Shown here one piece after another: positions 15,547 to 28,244 of a DNA stretch of 44,392 nt. This DNA comes from Paraglomus brasilianum (lineage: Eukaryota): the NCBI GenBank assembly GCA_910592345.1, contig CAJVPI010000188.1:1-44392 (forward strand), read 5' to 3'. Under the pieces are notes generated by a model. It saw only the letters and a program-made list of their open reading frames with translations, was not told the DNA's origin and made no database searches. Each line of letters begins with the position of its first letter. Positions within the stretch are counted from its first letter, which is position 1. Position numbers and translations under genes: made by a program.

Positions 15547-17216
15547 TTATGCGCGCCGCCCCCTAGGTTCAAATTCACGGGCAAATTCATCATAATTCCT
15601 AACGTGACGCGATCTTCGGTTCTTCGCTTTCTGATACTTGAGAGTAAGGTTTACAGCATCCTATGACAAATTCGTTATGTAACATAAATAACTAATCTGA
15701 ATGTTTCAACTCTGGAGATGTTGCATACTATACCTTAAAAACTATCAACAAACATCCACCAATGATACTACGATGGAAATGGTCCGGTATCCGTGATTTA
15801 ACAACATTAAAGCGGCCTAATAAACTATAAAGAGACATTTCGAATTGAGTATAATGACTAAACAGCTATTATAAATATAATATATCTTACCTTCCAAATG
15901 CTGCAGACAAAACTTCGATACAATTTATGTTTACAAATTAAATGTTACCGAAATTGAACCACCTTGCAATAGTAATTTGTCAAACAACATCTGTTGTAAC
16001 TTACAAGGAAGACATAGAGCTCCCACAATAAGTCGACCATAATCTCTTCTCTCAACTCTATTTATGAGATCTCGATCATTACGTGCTCGCTCATTAGCAT
16101 TATCCCCATTCCCACCATCAATCGTTGCGACTGCATAGGGTTCTACTTGAGTCTGCCATGATACTTCCATCTTTCCAAAGAGCTGGAAATATAGTCTATT
16201 ATATACATAGCTAGCGGTCGGCAATATGGCCAGCGTGACAGTCGGATGTGGTGGCAAAGAGATACGTAACTGATTCCATTTTAAGTAGAGGATAGGACTC
16301 AATAACATGTAATTATTCAAAGATGGTATTCTCGAACATATTAAAAATGCAGGTATGAGAGGGAGATTAAGCTGTCAAGGGGTCATTTCAAATCATTAGG
16401 ACTTTAACGAAAGCGTAAACCTTCAAATACATCAATGATGAAAAAATTTAACTCACTATCATACGCCAGGACCACGGTCCACGCAATATTCGTCCACCTT
16501 CTTCTAGACCAACTACCGTAAGCAGTGCGTACGCACTATGAAAGAACCAGAATTGAGCGAACCATTAAACAAACGATACTTTTTCGAGATGAACAAATTT
16601 GTATGGTACCTAAAACTCACCCGTAATGAAACTGAGTAATTGCCACACCGAAAGTCACCCCAAGTACTGTAACGTATGGGATAGAGCTTTGAATAGTTGC
16701 ATCAATAATAGATAACAATTGTAAAATTAAAGACTTGGTCTCGTTCAGTTGGTACGGTGTCTTGCATTGAGGGCATCGCACCTGAGAGGAAAAAAGAGAT
16801 TTAGAGCACTTGCTATGCTTAAGTGAACAGTCTTGGGGCTATGTGCCAGAAATACTAACTTTTTTGAGAGCGGTGCCTTTTTGAGTCTCTGCGATCCAGT
16901 TTAGCAAACATTCCTCATGGCAGATTAGAGAGCATTTACATGGGCGTACCCACTTCCCAGTACTGTCGTCTTCCTCACCGAAACAGATCCAACATCTTTT
17001 GTCTGCTATTTCTTCAAGAGGTATCAGTCTTGATAAGGATACGTTTGATTCACGGTGAATAATTGATTCGCCAGTCCTAGCATTACTTTCGGCGACTTCC
17101 TCCTGTTGCGCAATAGATCCACCAGACAAGCTGGTGATTGCTGAAGTAGAGGACGCTGATATAGGATCTGCCTGAATTTGCGGTGATCCTGATACCACCG
17201 GAGAATATGACGACAT
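15547..17216 (-). CDS. MARCH5-like RING-CH (RINGv) membrane E3 ubiquitin ligase (multi-exon)
   Basis: CWICFGEE...WVRPCKCSLICHEECLLNWI...|VRCPQCKTPY gives a C4HC3 RING. TM segments with YGAYALLTVVG and LNLPLIP follow, then HRSIIGGCLLIVFK|DAVNLTLKYQKAKNRRSRHVRNY, stop at 15547-15549. Confidence 0.88.
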
Positions 17217-17424
17217 GCCTATTACTATATGATTTGGGATTTTTGATCTTGGCGAGAGGGTTATTTATTGTTATTATTATGAGGCGCCAATTGTACAATT
17301 ATCATGTGATTGACATAGTACACGATATAATAATAATAACGGCCAGCGTTTTAATCCGTAATATCGATTTGTGAGTTTTATATCAGATATTATTTAGTAA
17401 ACAGATTCCCGTTCCAGAGAAAAA

Positions 17425-17483
17425 GTCCGTTTTATTGATGGTCCGTTATATCGATGGTCCATTATATCGACTTTCACCATGTA
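17425..17483 (+). repeat. Three 16-bp direct repeats, probably the subterminal right end of a pogo/Tc1 MITE
   Basis: GTCCGTTTTATTGATG GTCCGTTATATCGATG GTCCATTATATCGAC, followed by TTTCACCATGTA. Confidence 0.55.
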
Positions 17484-18288
17484 TCGTCCACCAAATAATT
17501 GGTAGGTTATCATTTTGCTGAATCCAATAAATTATCCCCACGCTCTAAAAATTGCCGGATTTACTATTTGCTTGGTTACAGCTATGGCTAATATATGGCC
17601 AACTTTCTCTGATCCTTCATTTTTATCGTCAACTCCCGAAGCAAAAGAACGATTAAAGCTAACCTCGCGCTAATAACATCTGGGTTAGTAGGTTTGCCTG
17701 ATCACGTTAGTATGTAGTGTCTGCGATAATAGTTCCGAGTTAGGTTGCAAAAGCCTGTTCCCAATTGCCAAAGTTTATTGGATAATTCTTTCAGTATTAG
17801 TAGATTTGGGATTTGTCTCCTGAGTTTGATACATTCTATACTTTATAACTATGACAAATCCATGGTGTGGCTTGGAAGAAGATGTCTTTGAACCCATTCA
17901 TAACAAAGTGCACAGTTTAATAACTGGAATTAAGGAACATACGATGGACAGAGCAGCTAACATCTAGATATGATTTGGGTAGACTGCAACAAAACCAGGA
18001 AAAGTGTCCTTGGGACTGTGAGTACGGCCTATGGTATACTATCTTTATGGCATGTTGAATAAGCCGTGATCAGTTCAATGACTAGCTACGTCTGCGCTAT
18101 GCAGCGAACCTACGATTACTATTATTGCATATTAAAAGTAGGGGGTCTAAAATTTGGCCCTGAAATTTGTTTTGTAATACATAGCATTAATAAGTTGTCG
18201 CATGTTGCTGTCATATGTTGTTGAAAAGAAGCAGTTCCGAACAGAGCATACCACATAATTTCAGTTGCGATCGTTACAAACTGTGAAA

Positions 18289-18796
18289 ATGATAACATAT
18301 ATCGCATTGCTGTTGGTTCTCTTCTTACTAGGTATTGTTATTATCAAAATTACGTAGCCAAAGTTTAATAATATGTGGTCTACATCCTCGCGATTGTGTG
18401 GGATGCAAACTATGCACCCGTTTACTTCATGTCATGCTCATATGTAACGACCTATCCTTTTCTCTAGTGGCATACTATTATCGCGATCGAATATTGCCGA
18501 AAATACCATATTTTAAGAACCGATATCAGCGCGTTCCGGCTTACTTTTCTACTTCATCTTTCCAACAAGATATCGATGATGGACTTACTTCAGAAGCGTT
18601 TGACTTACAACAGAATGTTGAGGATGGTGACTCTCGTGCCGGGTTGGAGAATTCTGAGGAAATAAAACGCATTATGGAGGAGGAAGGCGTAAACTTTGAC
18701 CAAGCAAGATTAATCAGACAACAAAGGAAGTTTAAGTCAAGCAATATTGACCCATTAACGGGAATTCCAAAGGACCCAAAATTTGTGTCCTTCTAA
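18289..18796 (+). CDS. UPF0357/DUF2015 fungal protein (YCL012C-like), 2 exons
   Basis: Exon 1 ATG 18289 encodes hydrophobic MITYIALLLVLFLL; the intron is 18332-18467. Exon 2 has SFQQDIDDGLTSEAFDLQQNVEDGDSRAGL...IKRIMEEEGVNFDQARL...GIPKDPKFVSF. Confidence 0.88.
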
Positions 18797-21700
18797 TGAA
18801 CTCGGGCTCTTCATTAGCGAAGATGAAGATAAATGGCAGACATTTGTTTTTATCAAATTGCTTGTTTGTTTGCAAACATTGATATTAGTAAACAATAGAT
18901 GATGTTTGCGCAAAGGGCTCTCATTCAATTGTTAACATACATTATATATTATCATAATTTGTCTATATTTTGTACTATTTAACGTGCTTCTATCTACATT
19001 TGTTATAATGGACGAACAACATCAATGGTTCATTAATATACATATTGTACTAATAACTTTCATCACGAAACGATGACAAGAGTGTACAGAACCGTCATGC
19101 GGTCTGAAGAGTAAAAATAAGTTGTTTATGGAGGTATGGTGGAAAATCTTGGATTTTACACATGACATATCTCTGATAATTGATGGCAAGTTGACAGAAT
19201 TGTGCAGACGAGTTTCTGTAGAAATATCACCAATTCAGATGTTATTATAACAAGTTTTTAAAGAATCTGATCTCAAAGATCAAAAATGCTCAACTTTAAA
19301 CTTTTTACACTTAAATGATATCGAACATAAGCACTTGATAAGCGTCATTCAGCCGTGCATTACACACTTGTAATGTCAATCCAGTAATATCTTTAATTAG
19401 CGTGTAGTCTCGGTGCGGACTAAGTATGGAGCGTACTATGAATATGTACAATTGTGAGGGTGGATGATTGTCTCGCGTTCATTCTGCATTACTGTGAACA
19501 TTAGCTAGCGTTAAAGACTTGTTTGTCTCCCACGCACGTTCGTATTTATTTAACCATGTACGTTGTTTTTGCTGCGGAGGTAAAATTAATTATAATAATG
19601 TAAAAACTATGCATCAGTCCTCATTCTCATTTGGTAGATTCAATAAGATGACTTACGTTTAGATTAAACTTCGGCACATTAGGAAAGTGAACATCAAATA
19701 ATCGTTACAGGAACATTAGTCTTTATGTGCAAAAAGATTATTGATGGTAAGTATGGACAAGACAAATTATTGGTTTGTGGATGTCGAGTCCCACTTAATG
19801 GACAGTCTATCCGTTAGAATAATGGTCTACAAGTATTTGAGTAGAATGCTATCAAAACTTTCATGTAGTGTTCAAAGAATTATTTTGACCAATAATCATA
19901 AGTGACCCACACAATACTCTTGAATAAGAGAAATCAATGTTGACAAATTTCTAGATATTGCAAAAACCAAAGGTTTATTCGTCGAGTCTAATGTTCGGTA
20001 TTTCTATTATTCCTGATTCTCATTCGAGAACATTGATTATTGACGAAATCCACCAACAAATTATCCCGACACAGCAGACCACATTTGGATTCAGAGTGTG
20101 AAGCAAAGTTTATGGATGCAATAAAGTAATGCTATAGATTGGTTTTTGACAGAACTCGAAGGAGAATCTGGGCTTTGTAATTTGCTCTTACAAAAATTAA
20201 AAATGAACAAGTGAACTGACATTGGTGACAGACTATTTAGATCACATAACAATGGGGCAGACTGCAAACATTTGAATAGGTGAGAGGTGACTGAAAAATC
20301 AACCAAACGTTTTGCTTTGGTATTAGTAACACAGCTGTAGGTCAGACATAAATTATCTTAGATCTGTCATGGCGAATATGGCTGAAGTTTTAATACAGAT
20401 GTTCACTAACAATTAATATAATATTGTGTCTATATAAAAATATAAGTATGAAACATCAAATCTACCATGGAACCAACATTCTAAAAGGAGAAAAAATTGC
20501 AGTAAATTAGTGTTGTTTTTATTACAACAAACACAAATTCCTGTGTATTAATCATACTCTGCATACTGTTACGGTCGGATGGTCTGGGGTTTGGGGGCGA
20601 TTAATTTTTCGCGTAAGGGTGTCTTCCGACCGGGGGATGTTACCAGATTTAGCTTCGTGCTACCGCCCTTATTACGGTAGTTGCTCAATTAAGACTGAAG
20701 CTCGTATTATAATTACTGTACTAGTATAGGGAGTTAGGAAGCGCGCGTTTTTAGTTATTAAATTAGGTCACTTGTAAGCTACACAAAACGGTGTTCAGTT
20801 TTTTTTTAAGAAAACTGTTACTTTTCAAATCCCTAAAACTCGAAGTTTAAGTTGATTAAAAATTTCTCTAAACCCTCTAATATAAAGCCTTAGGGTTTGA
20901 AAGTTGGGTATTATCTATGTTTATACTCTTTTATTATTACGTTAACGGTATAAAAACTTGTCACAATTATGCTGTGGTATTATTATTTCGGGCTATAGAT
21001 ATCCTGCACCACACCTTACTATGGGGTCAGACACGTGACTTGAACACAATATGTATGTCTGGACTTTTACGGACGTGTCTTAACTTTATCGAGCAGAACT
21101 AAAACAAAAGAAAGACTTTGAAGAGGTGCAAACTCCGAACTTGGATTGACGTGACAAGAAGAGCAAATTCTGGACAACTGGAAAGTATTATTTTTGGATA
21201 GTCTAACAAGGATGAGCTCTTAGCCCAATACTTCCTTTATTTAAATATTTTAAAAGACTTTCTAAAGTATTGTCTGTTAAGAGTTGGGCTATGTCAGTAA
21301 AGAATTTTAAAAAGGATTGTGCACGAGTCAAGGTCGAATATCTGCAGGTAATCAGATAAATCAGCTTTCAACCGGAGATGGAACTATATACAATTTCGGG
21401 GAAACGTCAAGAAGCAGATGGCGAAAAAATAATAATGAATATCTACATACACAGACAAAAACTTTCCTCAAGAAAACGAAGAGAAAGCAACAGCTATGAG
21501 ACAAGTCAGTGATCTTAATGAAGAACAGGTCTCAAAAAAGCGGCATTGCGAAGACAATAAATTTACGGCGAGACAATAGACAAGGGTGCCGACCTGACAA
21601 TTCTAGGATTTCAATGCATCAGTGAGGAAAAATATGTTAGCTTTTCTTTCTCAAATATGCAATTCACTTATGCGCACTTGTTACGCTGTTGATTTCTATA

Positions 21701-22029
21701 CGATGAACCTTGTCAGTGAAGGAATATAAAGCATGCCATTGGTCGAGTGAAAATTCTTGCGTCGTTGAAAGATCTGTCTAACAATTAGAGCGTTCTTTTG
21801 TGACTTATTTTGAAAACCGACTTCATTGACAGTCAAAAAACAGACTTTCAAACGTAACACACTCTACTCCTCAATTCGAGCAGCTTGTTACCTAAAATGA
21901 ACCGCAGTTATTTTAATTGAATTGGCCGAGAGAAAGTCTTCTCTTTTATCGTTTGTATCACTTTTATTTTATTTTGCTGACAGGTATTGGTATAGGATAT
22001 CGAAAATTTTATCTTTTTGTTTTTTTGTG

Positions 22030-22766
22030 CTGCATTTGTGGTATTCAAGATGAAGCAGTACGCGAATAAATTAATTACGTTCTCAATGAAGACGAAATTA
22101 TCGGCAAAGGCCTAATGGCACACTGAGCATGGTATTCGATGGAATTAAGAGATTGAATAAAGGTGGAAAAATATTTAAAGATTACTTGTGATAACAGAAT
22201 AAAAACAACGCGACCATTTGATTTTATTCATATTTGGTAATTTGTGGTTACTATGAAAGCGTCAAACTTAATTTTATGATACCTGGACATACAAGTGTGA
22301 TGGTATTTTTGGATTGATTAAAATGTAAAAGACTATAGAAAAACAACAGTAGATTGGGTAGAACATATTGTTGAGGTTGTGAAAAATCGTGTACAGCTGG
22401 ATTAAACAAAGCCCAGTGTTATGACAATGGGAAAAGGCTTTCAATACTTTGACCTTAACTCTGTGTTGGGGATTTTCTTTAAAAAATTAAATGGTTTGCA
22501 AAAATACCAGCATTTTCTATTTGAAGCAGCTCAACCTGGAGTTGTCAAAGCTCAGATGGTTGCTAATGGTGCTAATACAAAAATTAATTTAGAAAAGCAA
22601 GTGTCTTCGAAATGACCAAAGAAATAAAAAACTTTCCATCCTAGTGTTAGCCCCTCCTTTGGATTACAAAAGGCAAGAATGTCTTTATCATAATATTCGC
22701 CCATTTGTTAGAGATGAATTCAAAGATATTATTTGCCCACGGCCAATGTTTACAGGTAATGAATAG
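22030..22766 (+). pseudogene. Decayed Sola-like (DUF7869-type) transposase remnant
   Basis: Frameshifted motifs GIQDEA...NYVLNEDEIIGKG.NGTLSMV, ITCDN..NKNN, LNFMIPGHT..CDGIFGLIK, GLQKYQHFLF and LYHNIRPFVRDEFKDIICPRP. Degraded coding sequence probably extends upstream to about 21300. The family name is recalled, not searched. Confidence 0.7.
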
Positions 22767-24022
22767 AATGTTTAGAGTAACTTACCACTATTACTATGAA
22801 TTTATCACTTGTTAATTTGTTCCTGCTGTCATTAAGTTTAGTAAATTACAAGCATTGCTCGCTTTTTCTGCTTTAATTTTTAAAGTTTAATAATAAAATA
22901 ATTAAAATAATTATATACTTAATTTTGATGTAAGTATATTTAAAAAATAATAAACAAAAAAAATGACAAACAATATGACAAACAATAACCAAGAAATAAA
23001 CAATGCTAAATATCTAATTTGAAATAAAACTGCTTTAGGCAAATCCAGCCCAACAGTGAAGAGAAAAAGGCAAAATACAAGAAATCTCATACCCAGCCAA
23101 AATTGGTAGTTTTAAATATACCCAAAGCTGGATTTGATAATATTACCTTAAAACTAATGAAATGCTGTTAAAAAAAGAAAGAACTCACCAACAGACTAGC
23201 CATGATTATGAAAAAGAGAAGACTGAAGAACCAAATAAGCTGCGAAGCCCAGTAAGCATATTAAGAATCTGATATAGAATTCAGGATTAAAATCGAGCTG
23301 GGGGTTTAATTTTGCTATCAAAATTTCTGGTATCAAAATTGGGTTAGAAAAAAGCGTAGGATACCAAGAATTAAACCGTCATATATATAGCCTTTCTAGC
23401 CCAATTTTAATTCCATCTAATATAACAAAAATGTATATCATATTGCTTGCCTTAGAAACGAACATAGAGTACCGAGGACCAGCGAGTCTTTGCAAACCAA
23501 ATACGCATATCATTTTTTCATGTTATCCTAGAATTAATTCTAAAGCTGATTCATAGATGCTAGCATTATAATTACCAAAAATTTTGGTACCCACTATATA
23601 CTAATTGTTCGCAGATCTCTTGTTTTACAGCATAGTTGTGCGCTTCAGGGTTTGTCTTACCCAAATAAGAGTTAGCACTTCTCGAATCACTAAAATTTAC
23701 TCGAGAATGAAATCAAAAGCGAAAAATTCAAACCAACAAAATTCGCAAACCAACAAACAGGATTGGTATCTGTATATGCGTCACATTCGTGAAATGATAT
23801 GGTACACATTTCTTTATAAAACTTTAAATCAGCAGAAGCAAACTCGTGTCCTCCCCAATAAGGATTCTTCGATATCCAGACTAATATTTTTCCAAGAAAA
23901 CCTGGAGTACCTCCTGCCTTTAATCCTCTGACATCAATATCATTACATATGTATTATATAATATTAGCCCAATCCTCCCGACAACAGAACAAAGCGACGT
24001 AATTAAATAAGAAATCAATATA

Positions 24023-25423
24023 CTACGTCTTGCCAAAGAAGCTTAACAAGGTCTTCTGTCCCATACTACCGTTATGCTTTCTCTTGGTAGATTTCGGGCC
24101 ACTAGCGTTGTTCTCAGATAAATTACAAGCTCTGTTCATTTTAGAAGATGTTACGTCTCGTACAACTGTCTTGTCCTCAGAGCATGCTTCCCATTCCACA
24201 ACATCCTCGGTTACTGATTATAATCATATTAGCTACGTCATATTATTTTCGAAGCCACAACTTTTATTACGCTCACCTAAAAAACCTCGGGCATCCTTGT
24301 ACACCTTCGTACCAGTCTTCCTATTCTTCATTAATTTCTTTTCCATTGGCTGCGGTTTACTTGCTGGAACGTTATTAGAAATTTCAACTGTAGGATTCGG
24401 TTTACTTACTGGAACGTTATTAGAAATTTCAACTGTAGGATTCGGTTTACTTGCTGGAACGTTATTAGAAATTTCAACTGTAGGATTCGGTTTACTTGCT
24501 GGAACGTTATTAGAGATTTCAACTGTAGGATTCGGTTTACTTGCTGGAACGTTATTAGAAATTTCAACTGTAGGGTTCGGTTCTTTCGTCATAACCTTCA
24601 TCAAAAACTCAGGCTTCCGTGGTGGTATTATGGCAGGTCGGGGAACATCCGCAACGATAGCATTCCTATTTCTTATGACGTTAAAACTGTTGTCATGCAT
24701 AGATAAAAAAATAAATTATTTTTTGATTTTTGAATTAAAATATGGCAGAATCGATTGATGTTCTACTAGCCCAATCTTTACTTTCTCGGCTCACTCGTTT
24801 CTTCTTGAATTGCATGATCTACCACGGCAAGTTCCAATGAATCCTGTTTGAATGAAGGTAGTTAACAAATGGTCCAAAGTGTACGAACGTAAGTATAAGC
24901 ATACGACCTTTGGTTTATTATATCCTACGCTATAAACATGAACGCTGGTCAATTTCGCAAATTTCATTTTAACATCTTCAAAATTTACATGCACCATCAG
25001 ATATGTAATCAACTTGTTAAAATGCGCAAAATGGTGACCACATACTCTCAAGGTCCTCCTGTGATACTAAAGTGACAATTCGTTGTTCGTCCGTCAGTAT
25101 TCCACATACACAATATGTAATATGGACACATTTTCCAGTATTATCGCATAATGACTTGAATTCAGAAAGCAGCCTATAAAATACTGGTAAGCGCAGCCAA
25201 GTTTAAGTATGCAGAAACATAAAAATAACATGCGAAGACTTACTGCTTAGCCAGGTTGACATGGATACCGAAGTGGCGACTAATCCATTTGTATGTTATC
25301 TAGCAAATTACAGACGCGTTAGAATGCGTTTCCCTTACACTGATTCCAACGGCTGAGACTTACGAGACGTTTTTCATCGTTAATCAAAGTATTAAGAATG
25401 TTTAATTGTTCTGTCATTGTCAT
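24023..25423 (-). CDS. cdc27: DNA polymerase delta subunit 3 (Cdc27/Pol32/POLD3), 7 exons, ~324 aa
   Basis: Exons 25423-25364, 25299-25244, 25173-25046, 24975-24908, 24843-24782, 24686-24277 and 24213-24023 splice in frame (975 nt). The N-terminus has ITYKWISRHFGIHVNLAKQLLSEF, VHITY and SVHVYSV. The C-terminus has YKDARGFLVTEDVVEWEACSED and a terminal PIP box, QKTLLSFF. Confidence 0.92.
24354..24582 (-). repeat. Coding minisatellite, 5 x 45 bp (KPNPTVEISNNVPAS)
   Basis: The plus-strand unit GGTTTACTTGCTGGAACGTTATTAGAAATTTCAACTGTAGGATTC starts at 24354, 24399, 24444, 24489 and 24534, with 0-1 mismatches per copy. Confidence 0.98.
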
Positions 25424-25666
25424 CAGTCGTAACGATCCCGGAAAAGTTTAGTCAATCAAACAAGGTAGGTAACAAAACAATTAATTAGAATGTAGTGGGG
25501 CAAGCGCGTTCCATTCATTTCTATTCTTATTATGTTCTTTTCGCAGTTAGGTAGGTCACATGCACTCTTGTGACGTCACATCACTGAGATATTTGTGGTC
25601 ATGCGCGATATGCTAATATTAATATTGAGCAAGAAATAAGTTTTGGCAGATTGAAGTTATACAAGT
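25424..25666. promoter_or_regulatory. Putative bidirectional promoter between cdc27 and FAL1
   Basis: 243 bp separate the divergent start codons. A perfect palindrome TGTGACGTCACA (CRE core TGACGTCA) lies at 25569-25580. Confidence 0.6.
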
Positions 25667-27433
25667 ATGGCTAAGGTAAGCATAACTTTCCGGTAGAATT
25701 GTATGCACAGTATCAAAGCTCATTTCATGAACCCCTAATAGGTATTTGATCGAAAAGCTGACGAGAAATTAGTTTTTGAGACAAGTGAAGATGTAAAAGT
25801 GTAAGTAGCAGTTGCCTTTTTACAAGTGTCTGATTAGTATCCCGAGCTGGATCGGCTTCATTCACGCATTTGAACCTTGTTCCTACTATAGTGTACCTAC
25901 TTTCGACTCTATTGGGCTGAAAGAAGATTTACTTCGAGGAATATACGCTTACAGTAAGCTGCAAATGTCTTCTTCGAGATGATTGAAGAAGCTTTTTTAA
26001 TCCATCGCATTCTGATCTAGATTTTGAGAAGCCATCAGCTATCCAGCAGAGAGCTATAGTCCCTATTATAAAAGGCCGTGATGTTATTGCTCAGGCGCAG
26101 TCTGGAACGGGTAAGACTGCTACTTTCTCTATTTCGATCCTCCAATGTATTGATACAACTGTGCGGGAGACACAAGCTCTTGTTTTATCGCCTACAAGGG
26201 AACTGGCAACTCAGATACAAAGTGTGATCCTGGCTCTTGGAGATTACATGAACGTTCAATGTCATGCATGTATTGGTGGGACGAGCATTGGTGAAGATAT
26301 TCGTAAGCTCGATCACGGCGTTCATGTAGTATCAGGGACGCCGGGACGCGTATTTGATATGATTCGACGCCGCAATTTGCGTACTCGTAACATAAAAATG
26401 CTAGTGCTGGATGAAGCTGATGAGTTACTGAACCGAGGTTTCAAGGACCAAATCTATGATGTATACCGATATCTCCCGCCAAATACCCAAGTAGTGCTAC
26501 TGAGCGCTACATTGCCATATGACGTGCTTGAAATGACCACTAAGTTCATGACTGAGCCAATCCGTATTCTCGTTAAGCGTGATGAATTGACGTTGGAAGG
26601 GATCAAGCAATTCTTTGTGGCCGTGGAGAGAGAAGAATGGAAATTCGACACGTTATGTGATTTATATGATACATTAACAATCACTCAAGCTGTCATATTC
26701 TGCAACACAAGACGGAAGGTGCATTAAAGTTTAAAAGTCTATATTGATTGTTATTTGAAATGCTTGTGCTAACGTGTACACCGACAGGTTGATTGGTTGA
26801 CGGAGAAGATGCGAGAAGCGAATTTTACAGTCTCTTCAATGCATGGTGATATGCCACAAAAGGAACGTGATGCTATAATGCAGGAATTCCGCCAAGGGGC
26901 AAGGTGACTTATGTCAATTACTGTCATATTGGCTTGGCTCATGCTTCTAGTGCTTTATACGATTTCGTAACTGGTTTCTGTTGTTCTTTGAATAGTCGCG
27001 TGTTAATTACCACAGACGTTTGGGCGCGCGGAATCGATGTCCAGCAAGTATCTCTAGTGTAAGGACAATAATCCTGTTTAGGCTTTATATGTATGTTTAT
27101 ATTTGGTCTTGAATGCTATTAACGGTTTCATTTATAATGCAGAATAAATTACGATTTACCCGCCAACCGCGAATTATATATTCATCGTATTGGTAGGTCT
27201 GGACGTTTCGGACGAAAAGGTATGAATACCAAATCGAAGCAATAGAGAATTTTTGTTATACTGTGAAGTGAAGGGGTCACATTCTAATATCTGACTAAAC
27301 TGCGCTACTTTGTAATTTAGGCGTCGCCATTAACTTTGTGACATCGGAAGACGTTCGTATACTTCGTGATATTGAACAATACTATAGCACCCAAATTGAC
27401 GAGATGCCGATGAACGTATCCGATCTGCTTTAA
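25667..27433 (+). CDS. FAL1: DEAD-box RNA helicase eIF4A-III / Fal1 (exon junction complex core)
   Basis: Motifs [28 protein letters not shown] and [15 protein letters not shown] are present, with eIF4A-III-typical [28 protein letters not shown] and VWARGID. It ends [10 protein letters not shown]. The first coding exon is 9 nt. Confidence 0.96.
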
Positions 27434-27950
27434 ATAAATTGCTTCATACTGAAATAGTAGTATCTACTTCGTTGCGAGAACATCAAGGATAAGGCAATTT
27501 CACTTTTGGTCGTTCGTGGTTGGGTTAGTATCCAACACTGTTTAATACCGGATTTTCCTGTACTGACAATAGAGTCGGTCTTCCGACTTGAAAAGAAATA
27601 ATAATAAGAAACACACCGTAAGTAGTTAAAACTTACAATGGTTAGAAGCTGTTATTACAAATATGGATATATTAGTTTCTTATAGTTACTTCATTACCTG
27701 AAGTACTAATTCGGTTGTAATTAATCAGTAAATTCCTTGCACGCCCAGTCAATAAACGGATGACTATCGAGAGTAGATAACGTACCTTCAACACGCAAAA
27801 AAAAAGTCGCATCACAGAGCGACCACACGTGGACGAGATCGAATACAAAGCTTCGATTTTCCCGAAGAGCCTAATATTCAGTACTTGTCAATAGATATAC
27901 CAGAATGATAATAATACCAATTCGCATCATATAAGGAATTGCTTTGGCTA

Positions 27951-28244
27951 CAGTGCGTCTCAAAAAATAATAAAATGGTGGTGACAAAAAATTATGTTTT
28001 TCCACAACTACATAACATAATTAGATAAATTTAGGCTCATTTGAAAAGGTTATGAGTTGCTTTATTAATGAAAATTTTAATATGTGCTTCTATTGCGTTG
28101 TGTTGTAAAATTAGTTCACATCTCCGTTTCATTTCTTGAATTTTTCCCACTCAGCATAAATTGCTTCAATTGTTCTTATAGAAACTAGCAATAATAAAAA
28201 GAAAAAAAAAAACGCTCAACAATTTTTTTTTTTTTGAGACACTG
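27951..28244. mobile_element. Tc1/mariner-type MITE, ~294 bp, TA TSD
   Basis: TA|CAGTGCGTCTCAAAAAA ... TTTTTTGAGACACTG|TA, with a 2-nt indel between the TIRs. Confidence 0.75.

Noticed and set aside
19070..19110. Possible box C/D snoRNA (GATGAC...CTGA)
   Set aside because: The C box is imperfect, the span is too short, and I see no terminal stem or recognisable rRNA guide.
20830..20900. Telomere-like CCCTAA/TTAGGG motifs
   Set aside because: Only isolated single copies, with no tandem array.
24030..24758. 242-aa plus-strand hydrophobic repeat ORF
   Set aside because: It is the antisense shadow of cdc27 exons 6-7 and their stop-free 45-bp repeat.
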